A stretch of DNA of 64,000 nucleotides from a virus, in IMG/VR virus record IMGVR_UViG_3300042898_006156, positions 32,001 through 96,000 of that record. One strand, written 5' to 3'. Of the stretch, positions 37,447 through 45,576 are shown piece after piece; the first letter of the stretch is position 1; the number at the start of each line of letters is the position of its first letter. The notes beneath the pieces are model-generated. The model did no database searches, had not been told where the DNA came from, and was given only the letters and a program-made list of their open reading frames with translations. The translations under genes were made by a program, and so were the position numbers.

Positions 37447-37477
37447 AAAAGGGATGGATTTATTCCATCCCTTTTTT
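37447..37477 (+). terminator. Intrinsic terminator
   Basis: aaaagggatgga / tccatccctttt followed by a T-run. Confidence 0.8.
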
Positions 37478-37488
37478 GAGGATAAATT

Positions 37489-38709
37489 ATGGCTAGAAAA
37501 GAACTAAACGAAGCAATTGATAAAGATCAAGAGCGTTTATTGAAACAAAAACTTAAAGCACTTGGAATTGATGAAAAGTGTGTTAAGTCTGGTGATGTAG
37601 AGAATATTGAATTTATTCCCACAGGTGTTTTTGAAGTTGATTCAATCCTTGGCGCAGGTATGGGAATTCCTGCTGGCACATTGATTGAATTTTGTGGTGA
37701 ATCACAATCTGGCAAAACTTGGCTTGGTTACAAGCTGATTGCTGAAGCTCAAAAATTGGGTAAGAAGTGTGCTTTCTTCAATGTTGAGAATTCATATTAT
37801 CCTTTACGTGCCTTATCTTGTGGTGTCAACACTGCTCAACTTTTGCTTGTTGAAAACGTTGGCTCCGCAGAAAAGTACGGTGAATTGCTCAAGTTTATGG
37901 TTGAAACTGGAGACTATTCTGTAATTATTGTTGACTCTATATCAGCAATGATACCAAATGATGAATTAGTTAAGTCTATGGAGCAAGTTCAAACAATTGG
38001 ACTTCATGCACGATTTGTAAAAAGATTAACCAAAGATTTAACTGCTAAAACTGCTGCATCTGGAACTATTGTTGTACTTATCAATCAGCTCTATATGGGT
38101 GCTGGAGTGATGCCTGGGACAATGGCAAAAACTGCTTCTGGTGGTAATGCTATGAACTACTTCACTCACATGCGCCTATGGATCAATAAGATCAATGGTG
38201 CTGCTGGACAAGTTACCAAGAAAGATGCTGAAGGTAAAGATGTCGTAATTGGTGGCAAGAGCAAAGTTCTTGTTATGAAGACTCGTTATGGTCAACCTGG
38301 TGTCACTGGTGAATTCAAAATTATGTTCACTGATGATGAAACTACAAATCCTGTTGATGAATTTCTCTATAAGGCTAAGGCCAAGGGGTTTGAATACGTC
38401 AAGGAAGTTCGTAAGAAGTTTATTTACACGAACATTGATACTGGAGAAGTTATAGAATCTAAAGATGCATATGAATTCTGCAAACTTTTAATGACTCAAC
38501 CAGCTCCTGAAAAGCGTACTCGTAATGATAATTCTACTACGGCATTTGAATTTATTTGTGGACGTTTGAAAGTAGTTGGAAAACCACTTGCTGATCTTGT
38601 TGAAGCGATCAGTAAAGGTCCATCTTCTGACGATATTGATGAAGACGATGATGATGGTGACGATGGTGGCATTGATTTTGATGTTGCTGCAAAACAAATG
38701 CTTGAATAA
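37489..38709 (+). CDS. recA: RecA/UvsX-like recombinase
   Basis: FIPTG...D..LG.G.P.G.L.E..GESQSGKT, IIVDSISA, LINQ, SGGNA. Confidence 0.9.
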   Translation: MARKELNEAIDKDQERLLKQKLKALGIDEKCVKSGDVENIEFIPTGVFEVDSILGAGMGIPAGTLIEFCGESQSGKTWLGYKLIAEAQKLGKKCAFFNVENSYYPLRALSCGVNTAQLLLVENVGSAEKYGELLKFMVETGDYSVIIVDSISAMIPNDELVKSMEQVQTIGLHARFVKRLTKDLTAKTAASGTIVVLINQLYMGAGVMPGTMAKTASGGNAMNYFTHMRLWINKINGAAGQVTKKDAEGKDVVIGGKSKVLVMKTRYGQPGVTGEFKIMFTDDETTNPVDEFLYKAKAKGFEYVKEVRKKFIYTNIDTGEVIESKDAYEFCKLLMTQPAPEKRTRNDNSTTAFEFICGRLKVVGKPLADLVEAISKGPSSDDIDEDDDDGDDGGIDFDVAAKQMLE

Positions 38710-38711
38710 TT

Positions 38712-38740
38712 AAAAAACCCCTCGAAAGAGGGGTTTTTTT
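38712..38740. terminator. Bidirectional terminator (GAAA tetraloop)
   Basis: aaaaaacccctc-gaaa-gaggggtttttt. Confidence 0.9.
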
Positions 38741-39389
38741 ACATCATTGGTAATGGACTTGCTTTTCTGAAATCTTTGTATATTCTGTTAACTTGTTTTA
38801 CAAAAGCTTCGTTTCTTGCAGAATTTTCAAAAAAATCTTGATAATCTAAAGCTAATTTGTCAGCTTTAAACTTCTTCTTATTTTTGAGCAATTCTTTGAT
38901 TTGACCAATAATTCTTCTGTATACATAACCTTGCTCTCTTTCATCAAGAATAGGCATTTTTGGACCAGAGGGTTTATTAATAGTAATATCAGTGTTAGAA
39001 TTACCAGAAGGTGTATCTTCCACATTTTCATTTTTTTCAGGTCTTAAAGTAGGATTATCTGGATCTATTACAGTTGTAAATTTACCCAATCTATTTCTTT
39101 GATCAGTGGCTTTTTCTATAGCTTTATCAATATACTCTCTTTCTTCTTCAGAATATCGGCCTGGATCATTTTGATACCACTTGACTAAATTTTCAAAATC
39201 TTCATTTGGATTTTGAGCCAAAAGAAACAACTCATCCATAAATTTTTCAGGAGTTTTTACTTCATTGGATACAATTTGGGATACTTTTAAAAATTGTTTA
39301 TGAAGCACTTCTGCAGCTTTGAAATCTCCATAAGTTTCTAATAATTCAATATCTTTGTTGATTTTTGATAACTTTATAAATTTATTCAT
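38739..39389 (-). CDS. Leader-bearing hypothetical protein (putative head cargo)
   Basis: MNKFIKLSKINKDIELLETYGDFKAAEVLHKQFLKVSQ. Confidence 0.75.
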   Translation of the reverse strand: MNKFIKLSKINKDIELLETYGDFKAAEVLHKQFLKVSQIVSNEVKTPEKFMDELFLLAQNPNEDFENLVKWYQNDPGRYSEEEREYIDKAIEKATDQRNRLGKFTTVIDPDNPTLRPEKNENVEDTPSGNSNTDITINKPSGPKMPILDEREQGYVYRRIIGQIKELLKNKKKFKADKLALDYQDFFENSARNEAFVKQVNRIYKDFRKASPLPMM

Positions 39390-39391
39390 AA

Positions 39392-40048
39392 TTAACTCTT
39401 TGCTACTGATCCACCTTTATTTTTATCAATCATTCCTCTCAATGTATTGCACTGTGCTGCAAATGGTCCACAATCCATACCATATTCTCGCTGTAATCTT
39501 TGCAATTCGTTTTCTAAATATTGCAGTTCTTGATCTTTTTTATTTTTATCACCATACTGAGTTGGAGGTGGAGTAGGAGGAGGTACATTTTGTCCACCTG
39601 GATTTGTATTACTTCCTTCGTAAGGAGGCTGTACTTGTCCACCAGGTGCAGGCGCAGGTGAAGGTAATGGTGCTATCTGCATATTTCCAGGGCTCGGTTT
39701 AGGAGCTGGAGCAGGGCTTGGAGCTGGGCTTACTCCTGGATTTGGTGGGCCTATTGTTTGAACAGGAGTTGTTCTTGGTTGAGCTACAGGCATTTGTGCA
39801 GGTGCAACAACTGGTTTGGCTAGAGTTGTTGGAGCGATCATTGGTCTTGCCATCATTTGAGGCATCATCATTGGCATCATTTGTGGCATCATCATTTGAG
39901 GCATCATTGTGGTCATCATTTGAGGCATTGCATACTGTGCCTCTTTAATAAACTTCTGATGTAATATTTCTGCTGCTTTGATTTTGCCAGCATTCTCTAA
40001 TAATTCGATATCTCTATTTAATTGAGCTAATTTTTGAAATTTGTTCAT
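39392..40048 (-). CDS. Leader-bearing Met/Pro-rich low-complexity protein (putative head cargo)
   Basis: MNKFQKLAQLNRDIELLENAGKIKAAEILHQKFIKEAQ, then MPQMM repeats. Confidence 0.75.
   Translation of the reverse strand: MNKFQKLAQLNRDIELLENAGKIKAAEILHQKFIKEAQYAMPQMMTTMMPQMMMPQMMPMMMPQMMARPMIAPTTLAKPVVAPAQMPVAQPRTTPVQTIGPPNPGVSPAPSPAPAPKPSPGNMQIAPLPSPAPAPGGQVQPPYEGSNTNPGGQNVPPPTPPPTQYGDKNKKDQELQYLENELQRLQREYGMDCGPFAAQCNTLRGMIDKNKGGSVAKS
39851..39933 (-). repeat. Imperfect tandem repeat encoding (M)MPQM
   Basis: catcatttgaggcat units repeated about 4 times. Confidence 0.75.
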
Positions 40049-40091
40049 TTTTACAACCTAGACTAAAATGATATTATAGTTTTCCCAAGAG

Positions 40092-40126
40092 TTGATTTTT
40101 CTACCTTTAATGATACAATTTAACTG
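40092..40126 (+). promoter_or_regulatory. Sigma70-type promoter, leaderless
   Basis: TTGATT-16-(TGa)TACAAT-7 nt-ATG. Confidence 0.65.
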
Positions 40127-40891
40127 ATGAACAGCATTGAATTGAACTATAATCAATTTCTCCGCAACTTTGGTGAGAATAAAACTGTTCAAGATTATTT
40201 CCAAACTAGAAATTTATCTAACAAAATTATCCAAAATAATCTTATTGCATTCTGCCCTTCTTATTCAAGGTATGAATTTCCATTATTAAAAGGCAGATTG
40301 ATCGTTCCAATTAGAGATGTTCACGGTAATTTTATTGCTCTTGCTGGCAGACAAATTCCAGATTTAAGAGAACAAACAGTGCAAGCATTTTGGGATCTTT
40401 ATGGGCACGAACCTGCTAAATGTGCTGACAAAATCAACAAATGGAATAAAGGCAAATGGATAAACGAGCCATATCAAAAGAATAAAAATCTATTCTTTCT
40501 TGATGTAGCAAAAACAATGGCACGTCAAAAGAACTATCTTATATTGACAGAAGGATACTTTGATGTTTATTCATTTTATGACAATGGTTTAGAAAATGTA
40601 GTTGCCCTTTGTGGAACTGCTATTTCTGATCATCAAATTGCTCTTGCCTCCAGATATTGTGATAATCTAGTTGTTCTTATGGATGCTGATGATGCTGGCA
40701 AAATTGCATCAGAAAAAGTAATCAGCAAAATAGAAGAATTGGGATTGAAAGCTATTAGAATATTTCTTCCTTCTGGTATGGATCCTGATGACTTTGCACA
40801 AAAATTTGATGTATCTCTTCTTGATGAAACTATTTTGAAGATGATTGACTCTGGTAAGAAAACTTTAAGTATAAGGGCTGAAAATGGATAG
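40127..40891 (+). CDS. dnaG: DnaG primase catalytic core (TOPRIM) lacking the zinc-binding domain
   Basis: GRLIVPIRD..G..IA..GR, LTEGYFDV, VALCGTA, MDADDAG, GMDPDD. Confidence 0.9.
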   Translation: MNSIELNYNQFLRNFGENKTVQDYFQTRNLSNKIIQNNLIAFCPSYSRYEFPLLKGRLIVPIRDVHGNFIALAGRQIPDLREQTVQAFWDLYGHEPAKCADKINKWNKGKWINEPYQKNKNLFFLDVAKTMARQKNYLILTEGYFDVYSFYDNGLENVVALCGTAISDHQIALASRYCDNLVVLMDADDAGKIASEKVISKIEELGLKAIRIFLPSGMDPDDFAQKFDVSLLDETILKMIDSGKKTLSIRAENG

Positions 40892-42677
40892 AATTGAAAC
40901 AGTTTGGAAAATGAGAGAATGTAGTATGCAAGAAGTTAAAGAACTTGCATATGAACTTGAGATACCTATTCCTGTAGCCCAAGTTATGCTTACTCGTGGA
41001 ATTGATTCAGTAGACAAAGCTGAACAATTTTTAGATCTTAAAATTAATAAACTTCATAATCCAATGACTCTTCCTGATGCTGAAATTGCTATCAAAAGAA
41101 TTAGCAAAGCCATCGATACAGGTGAGAAGATCTTTGTATGGGGCGACTATGATGTGGATGGCATTACTTCCACTGCAATTGTTGTCACTGCTCTTGAGAA
41201 AATGGGAGCAAATATAGAATACAAAGTTCCTCACAGAATGGAAGATGGATACGATATCAAGATGCATTCTGTTGATCAGGCTTTGGCTTCTGGTGCAACT
41301 CTTCTTATGAGCGTGGACTGTGGAATTGTTGCATTTGAAACTGGTGCATATGCAAAAGAGAAAAATCTTGATTTGATTATCACTGACCACCATCATCCTA
41401 GTGAAGATGGATCGTTGCCTGAAGCTATGGCAGTGGTAAATCCAAACAGAGATGATCCTTTCTATCCAGGAGAACATTTTCAGTCTTATAAGAAAGATAG
41501 TTTTGAACGCTATCCATTTGATTATCTGGCTGGTTGTGGAATTGCTTTTAAATTGATGCTTGGATTAGCTAGGTATCGTAAGCTAAATGTTTTTGATTTT
41601 GTAGATAATCTAATTGAATTTGCAGCTTTGGGCACTGTAGCTGACGTTGCTCCGATGATTGATGAAAACAGAGTTATAGTTAATTATGGATGTTCAATTC
41701 TTTCTAACAGTAATAAGCCAGGAATAAAAGAACTTCTTCGTATTGCTGGTGTCAAAGATGTAACTCCAACTACTATTGGTTTTCAAATTGGCCCAAGAAT
41801 CAATGCTATAGGTAGACTTGCTGATGCTGGTACTGCTTTATCATTGATGCTGTCCAAAGATGACATAACAGCAGCTAATCTTGCCAAGCAGATGAACAAT
41901 GCCAATACTAAAAGACAAGAACAGCAAGAGAAAGCAACTCAACAAGCTATAGATTTTGTTGAGAGAAATTTTGATTTAGAGAAAGAGCATATATTGATTT
42001 TGGGTGAAGAAGATTGGCATCCAGGATTGATTGGTTTAATTGCTGGCAAAATTGCAGAAATGTACAACAAGCCTACTTTGGTTTGTTCATTTAAGAAGGA
42101 TGGATATGCTAAAGGTTCTTGTCGTTCCACTCGTGATTTTAATATCTTGGATGCTCTCAAGTCAGAAGAGGCTTGGAAATTATTCAAGAAAAGAGCAGAT
42201 GGTTCTACTGTTTGTGGGGGTCATGCTTTTGCTGCTGGTTTTGAACTTGCTATAGATAATATTCCAGCAATGAGAGCAGCATTGAATAATTATGCTCAAG
42301 ATAGATTGGGAGAACCATCTTCTGAAAAGATTATTGATATTGATGCTCGTATGCCATTTGGTGATTTGAACATTAAGACATATGTTCATCTTTCAAAAAT
42401 CTCACCTTTTGGTAGTGGTAATCATAATCCAATCTTCATCACAAAGAATATGACTCTTGTTGAAGCTAAACCACTTACTCAAGGTAAACACGCAAAATTA
42501 AAATTATCAAATGGTGAGAAAACTTGGGTTCCTGCTAATGCTTGGAGGCGGGGATATATTTGTAATGAATTTAAACCTGGCGACAAAGTTGATGTTGTTT
42601 ACACTGTCGAGATAGATAATTGGTCAGGTGGAAATAATTTAGTTATGATTCTTGAGGATATAAAACTCTCTGGTTGA
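40884..42677 (+). CDS. recJ: RecJ ssDNA exonuclease
   Basis: GDYDVDG, VDCG, TDHH, LGTVADV, GPRINAIGR, GSCRS, GGHAFAAG. Confidence 0.95.
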   Translation: MDRIETVWKMRECSMQEVKELAYELEIPIPVAQVMLTRGIDSVDKAEQFLDLKINKLHNPMTLPDAEIAIKRISKAIDTGEKIFVWGDYDVDGITSTAIVVTALEKMGANIEYKVPHRMEDGYDIKMHSVDQALASGATLLMSVDCGIVAFETGAYAKEKNLDLIITDHHHPSEDGSLPEAMAVVNPNRDDPFYPGEHFQSYKKDSFERYPFDYLAGCGIAFKLMLGLARYRKLNVFDFVDNLIEFAALGTVADVAPMIDENRVIVNYGCSILSNSNKPGIKELLRIAGVKDVTPTTIGFQIGPRINAIGRLADAGTALSLMLSKDDITAANLAKQMNNANTKRQEQQEKATQQAIDFVERNFDLEKEHILILGEEDWHPGLIGLIAGKIAEMYNKPTLVCSFKKDGYAKGSCRSTRDFNILDALKSEEAWKLFKKRADGSTVCGGHAFAAGFELAIDNIPAMRAALNNYAQDRLGEPSSEKIIDIDARMPFGDLNIKTYVHLSKISPFGSGNHNPIFITKNMTLVEAKPLTQGKHAKLKLSNGEKTWVPANAWRRGYICNEFKPGDKVDVVYTVEIDNWSGGNNLVMILEDIKLSG

Positions 42678-42731
42678 TTTCTAATTTTAAAAACAGTAAC
42701 TATAATTGTAATATCAACGAGGGAATCTTAA

Positions 42732-43706
42732 GTGAACGAGGATATTACAAAACAAGCAAAGATAAGGACTCAAGAAAATTTAGAAATAGCCATTCTAAAA
42801 TATCAAGAGGCTTTACTATCAGGCAATAAATGGCGGATAGACAGGCAATACAAAGAAGTATGTAAGCTTTATCCGCCTTATCTACATATGCAAGAATGGT
42901 GGAATCAATATCATTACTTGTATGACTCACAAGAAGATTTTGCATCAGATTATATAAAAATTTTCTGCAATGTCTTGTCAAATTGGAAACCCCGCAATAC
43001 CAGAAAAGTATCTCGTTATGGAGGAAGTGGGGAATTCAAAAACTATTTTATCGGCGCATTACAACACAACTATATCAACTTAGTCAAAGCTGATAATGCT
43101 GGTAAAAGAAATCCCTCTCAAAAATGCCCAATTTGTGAAAAATGGGTAAATCCTCTTTCAACCCATATATTAGTTCATCATCATCATATTCTTTGGGATC
43201 ATTTAAAAAACACTGGAATTATTCTAGAAGACCTTGAAAGATGTTCATTTTGTAAATCTCATAAAATGCCAAGAAGCTATGAATGTCTTGAAAATTGTGA
43301 AAATAAAAAAGATGGATCGTGTGAGAAATGTATGATAATTCAAAGAACAGCAATTATTAGAAAGCATATTTTATCCAAGCATTCATCTATGCTTTTTCAA
43401 AAATTTAATGAACTTTATCCAGATTATCAAACTGTTTCTCCTAGAGCTTTAAGTGTTTATATGTCTGAAGAAGATGACAATGAAAATATCTGTTATTACG
43501 ACAGCATCAAAGATGAAAATAAAATTAATAATTTAATGAATTTAAGTTTAGATGAAGTTGAAAATAAAATTATTTCAACCATTCTAAATGGATCATCAAA
43601 GCTAAAATATGATTCAAAGCTATATGGCTGCAGTGCTTCAGAGTTCAATAAAGCTGTAGAAAATATAAAGACGAAAATGTCTCTTATTGGAATTGAGGAA
43701 AACTAA
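42732..43706 (+). CDS. Divergent sigma70-like factor with a zinc-finger insertion
   Basis: Region-2-like EDF....I.F......W.P...F.NYF...L.....N.......KR; CPIC..H..HH and CSFC/CEKC..H...H; region-4-like C-terminus. Confidence 0.5.
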   Translation: MNEDITKQAKIRTQENLEIAILKYQEALLSGNKWRIDRQYKEVCKLYPPYLHMQEWWNQYHYLYDSQEDFASDYIKIFCNVLSNWKPRNTRKVSRYGGSGEFKNYFIGALQHNYINLVKADNAGKRNPSQKCPICEKWVNPLSTHILVHHHHILWDHLKNTGIILEDLERCSFCKSHKMPRSYECLENCENKKDGSCEKCMIIQRTAIIRKHILSKHSSMLFQKFNELYPDYQTVSPRALSVYMSEEDDNENICYYDSIKDENKINNLMNLSLDEVENKIISTILNGSSKLKYDSKLYGCSASEFNKAVENIKTKMSLIGIEEN

Positions 43707-43708
43707 AA

Positions 43709-44095
43709 ATGGATAAGATTGAAGAACCTGTGAGCACTATTGCCACAAATGAAAAACCAAAGAATAATACAAATGACCCAAGGATATTAAAAGCACGAGG
43801 AGGAGATCCAAATGCTGAGGATCCTTTGAAGAGACCTACTGATCCTATTGGCTTAAGTCGTAGTATTTTGCATGTACTTAAAGAGCACGAGTATGTTAGA
43901 ATTTTATCTGTTGGACCTACTGCATTAAATTCAATTATGACAGCATTCAGACTAGCGTCCAGAGAAGTTGAAAGTTTGACTAATGGATCAGTTTTAGTTT
44001 GTCGTCAATCAGAATATAGTGCTGAAGTTGCTGGCAAGAAAACAAAGGGAATTTCCACTCGTATTTTTGCTATTGATATTAAGTTTGCATTGTAA
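43709..44095 (+). CDS. spoVS: SpoVS-family (Alba-like) protein
   Basis: TDPIGLSRSI..VL......ILSVGPTALN....AF.LA...LVC pattern aligns by eye with SpoVS. Confidence 0.7.
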   Translation: MDKIEEPVSTIATNEKPKNNTNDPRILKARGGDPNAEDPLKRPTDPIGLSRSILHVLKEHEYVRILSVGPTALNSIMTAFRLASREVESLTNGSVLVCRQSEYSAEVAGKKTKGISTRIFAIDIKFAL

Positions 44096-44098
44096 GAG

Positions 44099-44542
44099 AT
44101 GAGAAAAACTAGTTGGCTTGATCAAAAAAGACAATTTCTATCAGATTATTTTGCTAAGAAAAACAACGGAATTATTAACGTTTTTGTTGAGGAATATTCT
44201 AATCCCAAAGAGAATAGTATAGTCAGTAAATATCATTCTTGGACAAAACTTATTGACGAGTCTAAGGACTTAAATTCATCGTTTGTGTTGTCATCTTTAG
44301 ACATTCATCCATCTGGTTTTAGGACAGATGATTCTAAAGCTCAATCTATTTTGGACTCTGGTTTTAATAAAAAAGTGGATGAAATTTTAGAAACATTAGA
44401 TGAAAAAGATTTAGAAAAATCTACAGTTCAGGAAAAATTATTAGATTATATTATTGCAAACAGATTATATAAGAAGAGGCTGGAAGAACTAATCAAAAAG
44501 CTTAAAAATTTAGACCCGTTTGAGTTGCAGAATTACAATTAA
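44099..44542 (+). CDS. Hypothetical protein
   Basis: 147-aa ORF. Confidence 0.65.
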   Translation: MRKTSWLDQKRQFLSDYFAKKNNGIINVFVEEYSNPKENSIVSKYHSWTKLIDESKDLNSSFVLSSLDIHPSGFRTDDSKAQSILDSGFNKKVDEILETLDEKDLEKSTVQEKLLDYIIANRLYKKRLEELIKKLKNLDPFELQNYN

Positions 44543-44567
44543 TACCTCATACTAATTAAAGGAAGGG

Positions 44568-44607
44568 ATAAAAAATATCTGATAGTTTTCTTTCAGATAT
44601 TTTTTAT
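44568..44607. promoter_or_regulatory. 15-bp perfect inverted repeat upstream of nrdB
   Basis: ataaaaaatatctga-N10-tcagatattttttat, ending 10 nt before the ATG. Confidence 0.6.
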
Positions 44608-44617
44608 TGTCAAAACT

Positions 44618-45574
44618 ATGGAAAAAATACTTCAAGAGAATAAAAATCGTTTCGTTTTATTCCCAATTGAACATCATGACATTTGGGATTATTACAAGAA
44701 GGCACAGCAAGTTTTCTGGACTGCTGAAGAAATTGATTTAGCACAAGATTATACTGATTGGGAAAAGCTAAATGAAGGAGAACAGCATTTTGTAAAGCAC
44801 GTTCTAGCTTTCTTTGCTGCATCTGATGGAATCGTAAATGAAAATTTAGCAGAAAACTTTGTTTCAGAAGTTCAATACACAGAAGCAAAATTTTTCTACG
44901 GTTTTCAAATTATGATGGAGAATGTTCACTCCGAGACATACTCCCTTCTTATTGACACATATATTAAAGATAAAGAAGAACAGAACCATCTTTTCAATGC
45001 AATTGATACAGTTCCAGCTGTTCAAAAGAAAGCTGAATGGGCTCTCAAGTGGATTGGTTCTGAATCATTTGTTGAACGTCTTGTTGCTTTTGCCGCTGTT
45101 GAGGGAATTTTCTTTTCTGGATCTTTCTGTTCAATTTTCTGGCTTAAAAAGCGTGGTTTGATGCCAGGTCTTTCATTCTCAAACGAATTAATTTCTCGTG
45201 ATGAAGGTCTTCACACGGACTTCGCAGTTCATCTTTACAAGAATCACATTGAGAATAAACTTTCTCGTGAGCGTATTCTTGAGATTATTAATTCTGCTCT
45301 TATTATTGAAAAAGAATTTATCACTGAAGCTTTACCTGTCTCATTGATTGGTATGAATTCTGAATTGATGAAGCAGTATTTAGAGTATGTTTGTGATCGT
45401 CTTTTGATGGATTTGGGCGTTGGAAAAGTCTATAATACAGAGAACCCTTTTGACTTTATGGCTAATATTGCTTTACAGAATAAGACCAATTTCTTTGAGA
45501 AGAGAGTTGCTGACTATGTAAAAAGTGGTGTTGGTGAAGTTCAAGAGCAAATTTCATTCGACGAGGACTTTTAG
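44618..45574 (+). CDS. nrdB: Ribonucleotide reductase class Ia beta subunit
   Basis: [46 protein letters not shown]. Confidence 0.97.
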   Translation: MEKILQENKNRFVLFPIEHHDIWDYYKKAQQVFWTAEEIDLAQDYTDWEKLNEGEQHFVKHVLAFFAASDGIVNENLAENFVSEVQYTEAKFFYGFQIMMENVHSETYSLLIDTYIKDKEEQNHLFNAIDTVPAVQKKAEWALKWIGSESFVERLVAFAAVEGIFFSGSFCSIFWLKKRGLMPGLSFSNELISRDEGLHTDFAVHLYKNHIENKLSRERILEIINSALIIEKEFITEALPVSLIGMNSELMKQYLEYVCDRLLMDLGVGKVYNTENPFDFMANIALQNKTNFFEKRVADYVKSGVGEVQEQISFDEDF

Positions 45575-45576
45575 TT

